DNA of 63,561 nt, taken from Candidatus Eiseniibacteriota bacterium (GTDB lineage Bacteria; Eisenbacteria; RBG-16-71-46; SZUA-252). The position numbers and the translations under genes were made by a program. Under the pieces are notes generated by a model. It had not been told where the DNA came from. It saw only the letters and a program-made list of their open reading frames with translations, and did not search any database. The stretch is from positions 1 through 63,561 of the forward strand of contig DATJGP010000173.1 of the NCBI GenBank assembly GCA_035494915.1, read 5' to 3'. Positions within the stretch are counted from its first letter, which is position 1; each line of letters opens with the position of its first letter. Below are positions 9,189 through 18,893 of this stretch, in pieces.

Positions 9189-11998
9189 TGGTCGTGAAGC
9201 GCATTTCGGCGGCCCTGACCGCCGCGGCCTGCCTCTTCCTCTTCGTATGCCCCCGCGCCTCGGCCTCCGGCAGTGAGCCCGTCCGGTCGCCCGCTTCGGT
9301 AAAGGCCAGGATTCCCGTGCGCGTGACCGGGGATGTCGTGCCCGTAGACCGACCTCCCGACGACGCATTCTCGGCGCGCCTCGCGGCCCGGGTCTACGCG
9401 ACCACCGACACGATCGCCGTCTTCACCGACAGCCTCGAGACCTGGTCGAGCCCCGGGAACGAGGGGAAGTGGTCGCACATCGACGAATCCTTCCAGCCGA
9501 CCGCGTGGAACATCTCGACGCTCTTCGGCTGCGGGGGGCACGCGTTCTGGTGCGGGGTCGTCGACTCCTCGTGGACCGGCGATGCGAACCGGCGCGGCTA
9601 CGACAACAGCTGGGAGCAGACGCTCGAGAACTACGCGGATCTGGCCGGAGCCGCGTCGCCCTACACGATCTCGTTCGATCAACGGATGAACGTCCAGAAC
9701 GGCCCCGACTACGGCGTGGTGGAGATCTTCGACCGCGACGACGCGTGGCTGCCGGTGGGAACGTTCACCGGCGTCGTCGGTCCGAGCGGCTGCGTCAACG
9801 TCGTCCTGAGCCTGCCCGACTCCTCGGTCGCGAAATCGAATCCGGTCCACTTCCGCTTCCGCTTCCACAGCAGCATCGACGTGTCGTCCGCGGACGGTCT
9901 CTACCCCGCGGGCGAAGGATGGGCGATCGACAACGTGACCGTGAAGGGGGGCTCGTTCGACGTCCGCTTCTTCGATGACATGGAGGCGGGGATGGGCACG
10001 TGGATGCGCTCCACGTTCCCGGCGGTCGGCGACTACTGGCGCATCCAGGCCAATCCCATCACCCAGCAGGTCTGCACCACGAACACGAGCAAGGTCTGGC
10101 GCGCCGCGAACACGGTGACGAACTCGCTCGTGCCGCGCCAGGACGACAAGCTGATCCTCCCGCCGGTCGCCGTGGGCCAGGCGGATCAAATCTTCCTCTT
10201 CTTCGATGCCTATCGGAGCCTTCCCTTCAACGGGTGCTTCTATTACAACGTCGAGTTCCGGACGCGGAACGTGGGGAGCGGAGGCTGGTCCCCGTGGATG
10301 GATCCATCAGGGCTCCTCTACTACGGTGCCGAGCAGGAGTGGATGAGGCAGACCGTTGCGTTGACGGGGGCCGGCGGCGTGGACTCGGTGCAGGCCCGCG
10401 TCGGCATCAAGGACTGGGGACCCATCCTCTGTGACGGAAGCCAGGCCGTGTCGGGCACCGATCTCATGCTCGACAACTTCCGGGTGGGCACCATCGGCTC
10501 GTCCGGGCCGTCGATCGCAGCCAACGAGTTCGATCTCTACAACGACACGTTCCGCACCACGGCCTTCAATGGGAACGACAACTTCAACACGCCGAGCGGC
10601 GACAGTGTCGCGGTCCGGATCGGGGCCGCGAACGGACTCAAGAACGGGTCCTTGTTCACGAGCATCGCGAACGCGCCGTTCACGCAGACGCCGCTGGTCA
10701 AGGTCGCGGGCACCGAGAACGCCTACAGCGCCGACGTGCCGGCAGGGAACTACGCCCGAGGGACCGAGCTTCGCTACTACTTCTCCGCCACCGACTCGCT
10801 GAACCAGGTCGCGACCTTGCCGGCCGACGCGCTGACGTCGAGTCACTACTTCAGCGCCACGATCCTGCCCGGCGTGTACGCAACGAGCGGCGCCTGCCCC
10901 GACGACACCGCGCGCGTGCTCTACGTGAACAGCTGGGGCGGTCCGGACCTATCGTCCGGCGTGGCTCAGTCGCTCGCCGCGATCGGCGCGCGCTTCGACC
11001 GGTTCGACGTCAACGCGCCGCAGCTCGCCGCGGGGAACTCGCCGGGCGGCGGATCGGCGGGCAGCGGCACCGCGATCTGGCCGGCGGCGCCCCTCGGTGT
11101 GCTCGGCGCCTATCGCGCCATCGTCTGGGACGTGGGGGACCGGAACGCCGTCACGCTGAGCGCGGAGGATCAGTCGCTCCTCACGAGCTGGCTCTCCTTG
11201 CCCGGGAAGAACCGGGGGCTCTTCCTCTCCGGGGACAATCTCGCCTACGACCTCCTGGTGAACGGGCAGGGGACGGGGAACTTCCTCTCCTGCACGCTTG
11301 GCGCGAGCTACGTCCGCGACGTCTGGGAGAACGCGCCCCAGGACACCCTCCTGCCGATCCTGGCGGGAGCGTCCGGGACGCGCATCGCGAACGAGCCCTT
11401 CCTGATCGACGGAGGGTGCCCCGTGATCGATGAGTACGATGCGATCGCCCCCTCGTCGTGCGTGGGCGCGAACGGGCGCGTGTGGCTCCGCTATCCGAAC
11501 AATCTCGCGGCGGCGACGGAGCGGCAGGCGCCGAACGGCGCTCCCAACGCGGACAGCACCCGCGTCGTCCTATCCGGATTCTCGCTCCGGAACCTCACCA
11601 ATCCCGTGCGGCGGAACCTGCTCCTCTACCGGACCATCGTGCAGGAGTTCGAGACGCCGAGCTGCTACGTCGCTACGGGCATTCCGGAGGACGCGACCGC
11701 CGCGGCGCCGCGCGCAACCCCGGCGCGCCTCTACGCTCCATCGCCCAATCCGTTCAATCCGCACACGACCATCCGCTTCGGCCTCGATCGAGGCGCGCGA
11801 GTCACGCTCCGCATCTACGCGGTGGACGGCTCGCTCGTCCGCACCCTCGTCGACCGTCCCTACGAGGCGGGGGAGCACCAGGTCGTCTGGGACGGGCGGG
11901 ACCTCCGCGGCCGGGACCAGGCGAGCGGGGCCTACTTCGTGACCCTCGAAGCCGACGGCGTCCGGACCCCGGCGCGGAAGGTCATCCTCTTGCGCTGA
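9185..11998 (+). CDS. large secreted protein (937 aa) with C-terminal FlgD-Ig-like / T9SS-type sorting domain
   Basis: The start is ATGATG at 9185, overlapping the upstream stop, and is followed by a signal peptide (MMVVKRISAALTAAACLFLFVCPRASA). The C-terminus PSPNPFNPHTTIRFGL..VTLRIYAVDGSLVRTL.....GEHQVVWDGRDLRGRDQASGAYFVTLEADG...RKVILLR matches the FlgD-Ig/T9SS C-terminal pattern. Codons 8126..9184 of the track ORF overlap the lipoprotein gene and look like a GC artefact. Confidence 0.75.
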   Translation: MMVVKRISAALTAAACLFLFVCPRASASGSEPVRSPASVKARIPVRVTGDVVPVDRPPDDAFSARLAARVYATTDTIAVFTDSLETWSSPGNEGKWSHIDESFQPTAWNISTLFGCGGHAFWCGVVDSSWTGDANRRGYDNSWEQTLENYADLAGAASPYTISFDQRMNVQNGPDYGVVEIFDRDDAWLPVGTFTGVVGPSGCVNVVLSLPDSSVAKSNPVHFRFRFHSSIDVSSADGLYPAGEGWAIDNVTVKGGSFDVRFFDDMEAGMGTWMRSTFPAVGDYWRIQANPITQQVCTTNTSKVWRAANTVTNSLVPRQDDKLILPPVAVGQADQIFLFFDAYRSLPFNGCFYYNVEFRTRNVGSGGWSPWMDPSGLLYYGAEQEWMRQTVALTGAGGVDSVQARVGIKDWGPILCDGSQAVSGTDLMLDNFRVGTIGSSGPSIAANEFDLYNDTFRTTAFNGNDNFNTPSGDSVAVRIGAANGLKNGSLFTSIANAPFTQTPLVKVAGTENAYSADVPAGNYARGTELRYYFSATDSLNQVATLPADALTSSHYFSATILPGVYATSGACPDDTARVLYVNSWGGPDLSSGVAQSLAAIGARFDRFDVNAPQLAAGNSPGGGSAGSGTAIWPAAPLGVLGAYRAIVWDVGDRNAVTLSAEDQSLLTSWLSLPGKNRGLFLSGDNLAYDLLVNGQGTGNFLSCTLGASYVRDVWENAPQDTLLPILAGASGTRIANEPFLIDGGCPVIDEYDAIAPSSCVGANGRVWLRYPNNLAAATERQAPNGAPNADSTRVVLSGFSLRNLTNPVRRNLLLYRTIVQEFETPSCYVATGIPEDATAAAPRATPARLYAPSPNPFNPHTTIRFGLDRGARVTLRIYAVDGSLVRTLVDRPYEAGEHQVVWDGRDLRGRDQASGAYFVTLEADGVRTPARKVILLR

Positions 11999-12018
11999 GG
12001 CGCGTTCCGGGGTAGTCT
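11990..12018 (+). promoter_or_regulatory. putative sigma-70-type promoter of the riboflavin operon
   Basis: TTGCGC (11990..11995), 17-nt spacer, TAGTCT (12013..12018). This places the transcript start a few nt before the FMN aptamer. The -10 follows the TANNNT pattern seen at the other candidate promoters in this window. Confidence 0.35.
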
Positions 12019-12027
12019 CCGGGGTAG

Positions 12028-12156
12028 CAGACATCCTTCGGGGCGGGGTGAAAGTCCCCACCGGCGGTAGAGCCCGCGAGCCAAGGGATCCGGTCCCACG
12101 GCAGATCCGGTGTGATTCCGGAGCCGACAGTCAAAGTCTGGATGGGAGAAGGACGT
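12028..12156 (+). promoter_or_regulatory. FMN riboswitch (RFN element) aptamer
   Basis: CCUUCGGGGCGGGGUGAAAGUCCCCACCGGCGGUAGAGCCCGCGAGC ... GAUCCGGUGUGAUUCCGGAGCCGACAGUCAAAGUCUGGAUGGGAGAAGGA reproduces the conserved RFN core almost position for position. It is located directly upstream of ribD. Confidence 0.95.
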
Positions 12157-12195
12157 CGCACACGGTACGGGCATGTCCGGCCATCGCCGCTCACG

Positions 12196-12226
12196 CCCCG
12201 CGGGTGTCTGCCTGCGGGGTTTTTTC
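12196..12226 (+). terminator. riboswitch expression-platform intrinsic terminator
   Basis: CCCCGC-(12 nt loop)-GCGGGG hairpin followed by TTTTTT (12220..12225), between the aptamer and the ribD start. Confidence 0.8.
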
Positions 12227-12250
12227 ATTGTGAGCCTACACATCGATTCC

Positions 12251-13399
12251 ATGGCGGCCAGGCCGGGGCGTGCTTCCTCCTCTGCGGAGGCGGCGGAGAC
12301 CGCGGCCATGCGCCGCGCCATCCAGATCGCGCGGCGAGGCGTGGGGACCACGCATCCGAACCCGAGGGTCGGAGCCGTGGTGCTTCGTCGCGGCCGCGTG
12401 ATGGCCGAAGGCTTTCACGCGCGCGCCGGCGAGGCGCACGCCGAAGTCCGCGCCCTCGACCTGGCGGGCGAGGCCGCACGCGGGGGAACGCTCGTCGTGA
12501 CGCTCGAGCCGTGCGCCCACGTGGGACGCACGCCTCCGTGCACCGAGGCCGTGCTGCGGGCGGGGATCCACCGGGTGGTCATCGGCATGCGGGATCCCAA
12601 TCCTCTCGTCGACGGCCGCGGCATCCGGGAGCTCGAGCAGGCGGGGCTCGACGTCGTGGTCGGGGTGCTCGAGGAGGAGTGCCGGGAGCTCAATCCCGCC
12701 TATCTGAAGCACCTCGCGACCGGACTCCCGTGGGTGACCCTGAAGGCCATGCTCTCGCTGGACGGCCGGCTGGCCACGGAGAGCGGAGAGTCGCGGGGAC
12801 TCGGGAGCGACGCCGAGATCCGGGCGGCGCACCGGCTTCGCGCGGGGAGCGACGCCGTGATCGCCGGCATCGGGACGGTGATCGCCGACGATCCGCGCCT
12901 CACGGTGCGGGGCGTGCGCGGCCGCCGGCCCTTGCGCGTCGTGCTCGACTCGACGCTTCGGATTCCGGAGGGCGCCCGCATCTGGAGCACGGTGGCCGAA
13001 GCGCCGCTCGCGATCGCGACGGTCTCGCGCGATGAGACGAAGGCGCGCGCGCTCGAGGAGCGCGGCGCGTCGGTGTGGACGTTCGAGCCGGGACCGGGCG
13101 GACGCGTGCCGCTCCGAAGCCTTCTCGAGCGCCTCGCGCTCGAGGGCCGGATCTCGATCCTGGTCGAGGGCGGATCCGAGGTGCACACCTCGTTCCTTCG
13201 CGAGGGTCTGGCGGATCAGATTGCGTTCGGCATCTCGCCACGCATCGTCGGGGGCACGAGCGCTCCGATCCTGACGGGCGATCTGGGGCGCCCCAAGCTC
13301 GCGGACGCCATCCGGATCGAAGGACTCACGGTGAGGCGGCTCGGACCCGACGTGTGGCTGACCGGCCGGATCGCGGCCGATGGAGGATCCCGTGTTTAG
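12251..13399 (+). CDS. ribD: bifunctional diaminohydroxyphosphoribosylaminopyrimidine deaminase / 5-amino-6-(5-phosphoribosylamino)uracil reductase
   Basis: CMP/dCMP deaminase zinc motifs HAEVRAL and TLEPCAHVGRTPPC. C-terminal RibD_C reductase domain (KAMLSLDGRLA, ILVEGGSEV). The start was placed at the first ATG after the terminator (12251); it has no clear SD, so the start is uncertain. Confidence 0.9.
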   Translation: MAARPGRASSSAEAAETAAMRRAIQIARRGVGTTHPNPRVGAVVLRRGRVMAEGFHARAGEAHAEVRALDLAGEAARGGTLVVTLEPCAHVGRTPPCTEAVLRAGIHRVVIGMRDPNPLVDGRGIRELEQAGLDVVVGVLEEECRELNPAYLKHLATGLPWVTLKAMLSLDGRLATESGESRGLGSDAEIRAAHRLRAGSDAVIAGIGTVIADDPRLTVRGVRGRRPLRVVLDSTLRIPEGARIWSTVAEAPLAIATVSRDETKARALEERGASVWTFEPGPGGRVPLRSLLERLALEGRISILVEGGSEVHTSFLREGLADQIAFGISPRIVGGTSAPILTGDLGRPKLADAIRIEGLTVRRLGPDVWLTGRIAADGGSRV

Positions 13400-14003
13400 C
13401 GGCATCGTGGAGCGCGTGGGCGTGGTCGAGCGCGCCGCGTCCGAGGGCGGAAGCCGGACGTTCGTCATCACCGCCCCGTTCGGCGCTTCCCTTCTGGCGG
13501 GGGAGAGCGTGGCCGTGAACGGCGTCTGCCTCACGGTGGAGCGGGCCGACGCCCGCTCGTTCGAGGTGACGGCCGTGCGCGAGACGCTCGACAAGACGAC
13601 CCTCGATACGCTCGTCGAAGGCGTTCACGTGAATCTCGAGCGCGCGCTCCGCGTGGGACAGACCCTCGGCGGACACTGGCTCCAGGGGCATGTCGACGCG
13701 ACCGCGGTCGTGCGCGACGTGATCGAGGACGCGGGTCAGGTGCGGCTCCTGATCGACGTCCCCGAAGCGTGCCGGCGGTTCGTCGCGCCGAAAGGCTCGA
13801 TCGCGATCGACGGCACGAGCCTCACCGTGGCCCACTGGGCGGATCCCATCGTGGAGATCGCGATCGTGCCGTTCACGCTCGCGCACACCATCGCTTCGTC
13901 ATACGCGCCCGGAACCCGGGTGAACCTGGAAGTCGATCTCATCGCGCGCTATCTCGACCGCCTGCTCGAAGCGCGTGGCGCCCATCTCGTGGGCAGACCC
14001 TAG
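13392..14003 (+). CDS. ribE: riboflavin synthase alpha chain
   Basis: N-terminus VFSGIVE (canonical MFTGIVE) with two lumazine-binding repeats ([25 protein letters not shown]). GTG 13392 has GGAGG 5 nt upstream. The track's ATG 13380 lies inside that SD. Confidence 0.9.
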   Translation: MFSGIVERVGVVERAASEGGSRTFVITAPFGASLLAGESVAVNGVCLTVERADARSFEVTAVRETLDKTTLDTLVEGVHVNLERALRVGQTLGGHWLQGHVDATAVVRDVIEDAGQVRLLIDVPEACRRFVAPKGSIAIDGTSLTVAHWADPIVEIAIVPFTLAHTIASSYAPGTRVNLEVDLIARYLDRLLEARGAHLVGRP

Positions 14004-14011
14004 AGGACACG

Positions 14012-15301
14012 ATGAACGCACGCGTGAAGCGCCGCCGGGCCGGGGCCGGATTCGACTCGATCGCCGACACACTCCGCGCGCTCCGCGCCGGATCGATGGC
14101 GGTCGTGGTGGACGACGAGGACCGGGAGAACGAAGGGGACTTCGTCATGGCGGCGGAGAAGGTCACGCCCGAGGACGTGAACTTCCTCACACGGGACGCG
14201 CGAGGACTCCTCTGCGTGTCGATGCCCGGCCCGCGCCTGGAGGAGCTCGGCCTCGCGCTCATGACGCCGCTCAACACCGCGCGCTTTTCGACTCCGTTCA
14301 CGATCTCCGTCGATCTCCTCGCGGGGACCACATCCGGATCGTCGACGCAGGACCGCGCGCTCACGATTCGGGCCCTGGCGAATCCGAAGACCCGTCCGGA
14401 GGAGCTCGCGCGGCCCGGGCACGTCTTCCCCCTGCGCGCGGCCGACCAGGGCGTGCTGAGCCGCCCGGGGCACACCGAGGCCGCGCTCGACCTCGTGCGC
14501 CTGGCCGGTCTGAAGCCGGCGGCGGTGCTCTGCGAGATCCTCTCCGCGGACGGAACCATGGCGCGGGGCCCCGAGCTTCGAAAGCTCGCGAAGAAGCACG
14601 GTGTTCCGCTCATCACGATCCGGGATCTGATCCGCTACCGGTATCGCAAGGAACGGCTCGTCCATCGCGTCGCCGCCTCGCATCTTCCGACGCGCTACGG
14701 CAACTTCCGCATCGTGGTGTACGAGAGCCGGATCGATGGCTATCACCATGTCGCCCTCGTCAAAGGGCGTCCGCCCGCGCGCGGCCGCTCTTTGGCGCCG
14801 CTCGTGCGGGTGCACTCGCAGTGCCTCACGGGCGACGTGTTCGGCTCCATGCGCTGCGACTGCGGCGAGCAGATGGCGTCGGCGCTCGAGCGGATCGACG
14901 CCGAGGGATCGGGCGTGTTCCTCTACCTGCGCCAAGAGGGGCGCGGCATCGGGCTCGCGAACAAGCTCCGCGCGTACGAGCTGCAAGACCAGGGGCTCGA
15001 CACCGTCGAGGCCAATCTCAAGCTGGGCTTCGCGCCCGACCTCCGCGACTACGGCGTGGCGGCGCAGATTCTGGAGGATCTCGGGTTCATGCGTGTGCGG
15101 CTCCTGACCAACAATCCACGGAAGATCCAGGCGCTCGGCGAGTACGGGATCGACGTCGAGGCGCGCGAGCCGCTCGAGGTGCGCCCGAACGATGTGAACC
15201 GGCGTTACCTGCGAACCAAGCGCGAGCGACTGGGCCATCTCCTCGGGCACCCGCACCTCGAGCTCGTGGCCGGGCGGCGCCGGAACGGGAGGCGCGCGTG
15301 A
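14012..15301 (+). CDS. ribBA: bifunctional 3,4-dihydroxy-2-butanone-4-phosphate synthase / GTP cyclohydrolase II
   Basis: DHBP synthase motifs ([33 protein letters not shown]). GCH-II motifs ([42 protein letters not shown]). ATG 14012 is preceded by GAGGA. The track ORF start at 13769 is an upstream extension overlapping ribE. Confidence 0.93.
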   Translation: MNARVKRRRAGAGFDSIADTLRALRAGSMAVVVDDEDRENEGDFVMAAEKVTPEDVNFLTRDARGLLCVSMPGPRLEELGLALMTPLNTARFSTPFTISVDLLAGTTSGSSTQDRALTIRALANPKTRPEELARPGHVFPLRAADQGVLSRPGHTEAALDLVRLAGLKPAAVLCEILSADGTMARGPELRKLAKKHGVPLITIRDLIRYRYRKERLVHRVAASHLPTRYGNFRIVVYESRIDGYHHVALVKGRPPARGRSLAPLVRVHSQCLTGDVFGSMRCDCGEQMASALERIDAEGSGVFLYLRQEGRGIGLANKLRAYELQDQGLDTVEANLKLGFAPDLRDYGVAAQILEDLGFMRVRLLTNNPRKIQALGEYGIDVEAREPLEVRPNDVNRRYLRTKRERLGHLLGHPHLELVAGRRRNGRRA

Positions 15302-15837
15302 CGGCGAAGGACGCGGGATACGCGCCGCCGCTCGCAGGCGTGGGATCGCAGGGACACCGGCTCCTCGAGGGGTCGCTCGACGGGAGCGGTCTCTCCATCG
15401 CGATCGTGGCCGCGCGATTCAACCGCGCGATCTGCGACCGGCTCCTCGAGGGGGCGCTCACCGCGCTCTCGCGCCGAGGCGTGTCCGCCGAGCGGGTGAC
15501 CGTGGTCCGCGTGCCGGGAGCGTTCGAGACCCCGTTCGCGTCGCGCCGGCTCGCGGCATCCGGCCGCTACGACGCCGTGGTCGCGCTCGGGGCCGTGATC
15601 CGCGGCGAGACGCCGCACTTCGACTACGTGGCGGGTGAATCGGCGAGCGGGATCGCGCGGGCGGCCGAGGAGACCGGGGTTCCCGTCCTCTTTGGAATCC
15701 TGACCACCGAGACGCCCGAGCAGGCGCTCGACCGCTCCGGCGGAGCGCACGGGAACCGGGGTGCGGACGCGGCGGAAGCGGCGATCGAGATGGCGCGCTT
15801 GAAGCGCCTCCTCGACGCGGAGCCTCGCACGCGATGA
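15298..15837 (+). CDS. ribH: 6,7-dimethyl-8-ribityllumazine synthase
   Basis: [45 protein letters not shown] and GILTTE motifs. The GTG overlaps the ribBA stop (GTGA). Confidence 0.9.
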   Translation: MTAKDAGYAPPLAGVGSQGHRLLEGSLDGSGLSIAIVAARFNRAICDRLLEGALTALSRRGVSAERVTVVRVPGAFETPFASRRLAASGRYDAVVALGAVIRGETPHFDYVAGESASGIARAAEETGVPVLFGILTTETPEQALDRSGGAHGNRGADAAEAAIEMARLKRLLDAEPRTR

Positions 15838-16250
15838 ACCGGCGCCGGGAAGGACGCGAGATCGCGTTTCGCGCGGTCTATCAGGCCGACGTCACGGGCG
15901 AGCCCGCCGATCGCTGCCTGGGCGAGATCGTGGAGGACGTGGCTCCCACCGAGGACGTGAGCGAATTCGCCGCAAGCCTGGTCCGGACCCTCGACGATCA
16001 CAGGGCCGAGATCGACGCGACCGTGGAGCGGATCGCGAGGAACTGGTCGCTCAGCCGCATGGCCGCGACCGATCGGTCGGTGATCCGCGTCGCCGCCGCG
16101 GAGCTTCTCTACCACTTCGAAACGCCCGCGCGGGTCGCCCTGGACGAGGCGATCGAGATCGCGAAGAAATACGGTATGGAGACCTCGGGATCCTTCGTGA
16201 ACGGAATCCTTGACCGGATCGCCCACGAAGCGCGACCCTCCGTCGGATGA
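15834..16250 (+). CDS. nusB: transcription antitermination factor NusB
   Basis: RREGREIAFRAVYQ N-terminus, W.L.R....DR..IRVA..EL and IDEAIEIAKKYG..S..FVNGILD motifs. ATGA overlap with ribH. Confidence 0.9.
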   Translation: MNRRREGREIAFRAVYQADVTGEPADRCLGEIVEDVAPTEDVSEFAASLVRTLDDHRAEIDATVERIARNWSLSRMAATDRSVIRVAAAELLYHFETPARVALDEAIEIAKKYGMETSGSFVNGILDRIAHEARPSVG

Positions 16251-16972
16251 CCACCGCCATCCTGTCGGACATCCACGGCAATCTCGAAGCGCTCGAAGCC
16301 GTGCTGGCCGAGCTCGACCGGCGCAAGCCGGATCGCGTCATCTGCCTCGGCGACATCGTCGGCTACGGCGCGAGCCCGAACGAGTGCCTCGATCACGTTC
16401 GGAAGCGCTGCGGCACGGTGCTCCTCGGGAATCACGACGCCGCCGCGAGCGGTGGTCCGGAGGCGGCGCGATTCAACATCTACGCGCGGGTCGCGGCCGA
16501 GTGGACGATGAAGACCCTCACGCGCGACAACCGGGAGTACCTCCAGCGTCTCCCGCTCACCGCGAACGAGAACTCCTTCTACCTCGTCCATGCGTCCCCC
16601 GCGTGCCCGCGGGACTGGGAGTACCTGCTCGACCGCTTCGACGCGGAGCCTCAGTTCCACTACTTCACCGAGATGATCTGCTTCATCGGACACACCCACC
16701 AGCCGGCCATCTACCTGGCGGACCAGAGCGGAACGAAGTCGCTTCCGCTCTCGGAAGGGAAGCTCGATCCGAGTCGCCGCTACATCGTGAACGTCGGGAG
16801 CGTGGGGCAGCCGCGCGACCACGATCCTCGAGCCTGCTTCGTCCTGTACCACGAGTCCTCCACCACCATCGAATACGTGCGCGTTCCCTACGACATCGAG
16901 GGGGCGCAGTCGAAGATCCGGGCCGCCCAGCTTCCGGAAGTGCTCGCCGCGCGCCTCGCCACCGGGGAATAG
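16247..16972 (+). CDS. metallophosphoesterase (YfcE/MJ0936-like calcineurin-fold)
   Basis: ILSDIHGN, CLGDIVGYG, GNHD and GHTH metal-binding motifs. Confidence 0.85.
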   Translation: MTTAILSDIHGNLEALEAVLAELDRRKPDRVICLGDIVGYGASPNECLDHVRKRCGTVLLGNHDAAASGGPEAARFNIYARVAAEWTMKTLTRDNREYLQRLPLTANENSFYLVHASPACPRDWEYLLDRFDAEPQFHYFTEMICFIGHTHQPAIYLADQSGTKSLPLSEGKLDPSRRYIVNVGSVGQPRDHDPRACFVLYHESSTTIEYVRVPYDIEGAQSKIRAAQLPEVLAARLATGE

Positions 16973-16974
16973 CC

Positions 16975-17775
16975 GTGCGGGCGTCGACCGAAGCGCACTG
17001 GAGCCGCTTCTGGAAAGAGCGGGCCGAGATCGACGAGGTCTATCCGACCGCCGGCCGCGTCGTGGAACAGATGACCGCCGAGGGCCCCGTGAAGGGGAAG
17101 GTGGTCCTCGAGGTGGGGGCGGGATCGGGACGTGACAGCGTCGGGCTGGCGGAGCAGGGGGCGATCGCGGTGATGCTCGACTACTCGATGGCGTCGCTCC
17201 AGGTGGCGCGCGACGTGGCCGAGCGGTCGGGGGTGACTCCGCTCCTGGTCCGCGCGGATGCGCTCCGGATGCCGTTCCGGGACGGCACCTTCGATGCGGT
17301 CTTCCATCAGGGACTGCTCGAGCACTTCCGCGATCCGATGCCGCTCCTGCGCGAGAACGTGCGCTCGCTCAAGAAGGACGGCATCCTCCTCGTCGACGTG
17401 CCGCAGCGCTGGCATCTCTACACCGTGGTCAAGCACGCGCTCATCGCCGCGGGGCGCTGGTTCGCCGGCTGGGAGACCGAGTTCTCGATCGGTGAATTGA
17501 CCGGACTCATGTCGCGGGCCGGAGTGCGCATCGAGCGCCGCTACGGCGCCTGGATGGTGCCGGGCCTCGCCTACCGGTCGCTTCGACTCGGGCTCTTGAA
17601 GCTGCGGCTCGCGCGCCTGCCGCTCGATCCGCCGTCCGTCCCGCTGATCACGCCCGTCTTCGCGGGGATCCGCGGGCTCGTCGCGCGGACGCCGCTCGCG
17701 TACCACACCTACTTCGTGATCGGCGCGATCGGACGCAAGGAGGCGCCGGAACCTCCGGCTGCCCGAGCCGGTTGA
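16975..17775 (+). CDS. class I SAM-dependent methyltransferase
   Basis: Motif I VLEVGAGSGRD and post-I/II motifs (VMLDYS, FDAVFHQGLLEHF). GTG start 2 nt after the upstream stop. The longer track ORF (16210..) overlaps the phosphoesterase gene in another frame. Confidence 0.8.
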   Translation: MRASTEAHWSRFWKERAEIDEVYPTAGRVVEQMTAEGPVKGKVVLEVGAGSGRDSVGLAEQGAIAVMLDYSMASLQVARDVAERSGVTPLLVRADALRMPFRDGTFDAVFHQGLLEHFRDPMPLLRENVRSLKKDGILLVDVPQRWHLYTVVKHALIAAGRWFAGWETEFSIGELTGLMSRAGVRIERRYGAWMVPGLAYRSLRLGLLKLRLARLPLDPPSVPLITPVFAGIRGLVARTPLAYHTYFVIGAIGRKEAPEPPAARAG

Positions 17776-18893
17776 ACCTCATCGCGTTCAACTGGCGCGA
17801 TCCGCGCCACCCCGAAGCCGGCGGCGCCGAGCTCCACCTCTTCGAAATCCTCCGCCGCGCGGTTCGCGACGGCGACCGGGCGGTCTGGCTGGCGGAGCGC
17901 TATCCTGGTGCGGCAGAGGAAGATCGGATCGAGGGCATCGAGATCCACCGTGCGGGTACGTGGTACAATGCGCACCTTGCCCTCGGGGCTCTCTATCGAC
18001 GTCGGTTCCGGAGGGAACGGTTTGACCTCGTCGTGGAAGATATCAACAAGGTCCCCTTCTTCGCCCCGCTCTACGCGACGGCGCCGGTCCTGGCCGTCGT
18101 GCCTCACCTATTCGGCACCACCGCCTTCGACGAAGCGTCCGCACCGATCGCCGCGCTGGTCTCCGCACACGAGAGCCTGATCCCGATCGTGTACCGGAAG
18201 AGCCGCTTTCTCGCGATCTCGGAGAGCACGCGGGACGACCTCGCGCGCCGCGGCATCGCGCGCGCCCGGATCGACGTCGTGCGCTGCGGCTTGAACCAGG
18301 GGGACTACGCCGTCGACGTTGCCCCGGAGAATCGCGCGGAGCCCGAGATCGTCTTCCTCGGCCGGCTCCGCCGGTACAAGGGGGCGCAGCACGCCATCGC
18401 GGCGCTACCGATCATCGCCGCGTCGGTACCCGGGGCGCGCCTCGCCATCGTCGGCGACGGGCCGTATCGTCCGGAGCTCGAGCGTCTCGCGACGGAGCTC
18501 GGCGTGTCGGACCGCACCCGCTTCCTTGGAGCGGTGTCGCAGGCGGGGAAGGTGTCGGCGCTCAATCGCGCGCAGGTCGCGGTGAATCCCTCGCCGAAGG
18601 AAGGCTGGGGACTCACCGTGATCGAAGCGAACGCGTGCGGCGTGCCCGTGGTCGCGAGCCGGAGCCCGGGCCTGATCGAGTCGGTGCGGGACGGCGAGAC
18701 GGGACTCCTCGTTCCCCACGGCGATCCTCGTGCGCTCGCGGCCGGCGTGGTGAAGCTCCTCACCGATCACGATCTCAGGCTCCGGCAGGCGCGAGCCGCG
18801 ATCGCGTGGGCGCACACCTTCGACTGGGAGACGTGCTACCGCGGGAGCCGCGCGGTCATGGAGCTCGCGGCCCGGGAGGGCGCGCGCCCATGA
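17772..18893 (+). CDS. glycosyltransferase family 4 (GT-B)
   Basis: EGWGLTVIEANACGVPVVASRSPGLIESVRDGETGLLVPHGD signature. The TTG start overlaps the upstream stop. Confidence 0.85.
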   Translation: MNLIAFNWRDPRHPEAGGAELHLFEILRRAVRDGDRAVWLAERYPGAAEEDRIEGIEIHRAGTWYNAHLALGALYRRRFRRERFDLVVEDINKVPFFAPLYATAPVLAVVPHLFGTTAFDEASAPIAALVSAHESLIPIVYRKSRFLAISESTRDDLARRGIARARIDVVRCGLNQGDYAVDVAPENRAEPEIVFLGRLRRYKGAQHAIAALPIIAASVPGARLAIVGDGPYRPELERLATELGVSDRTRFLGAVSQAGKVSALNRAQVAVNPSPKEGWGLTVIEANACGVPVVASRSPGLIESVRDGETGLLVPHGDPRALAAGVVKLLTDHDLRLRQARAAIAWAHTFDWETCYRGSRAVMELAAREGARP

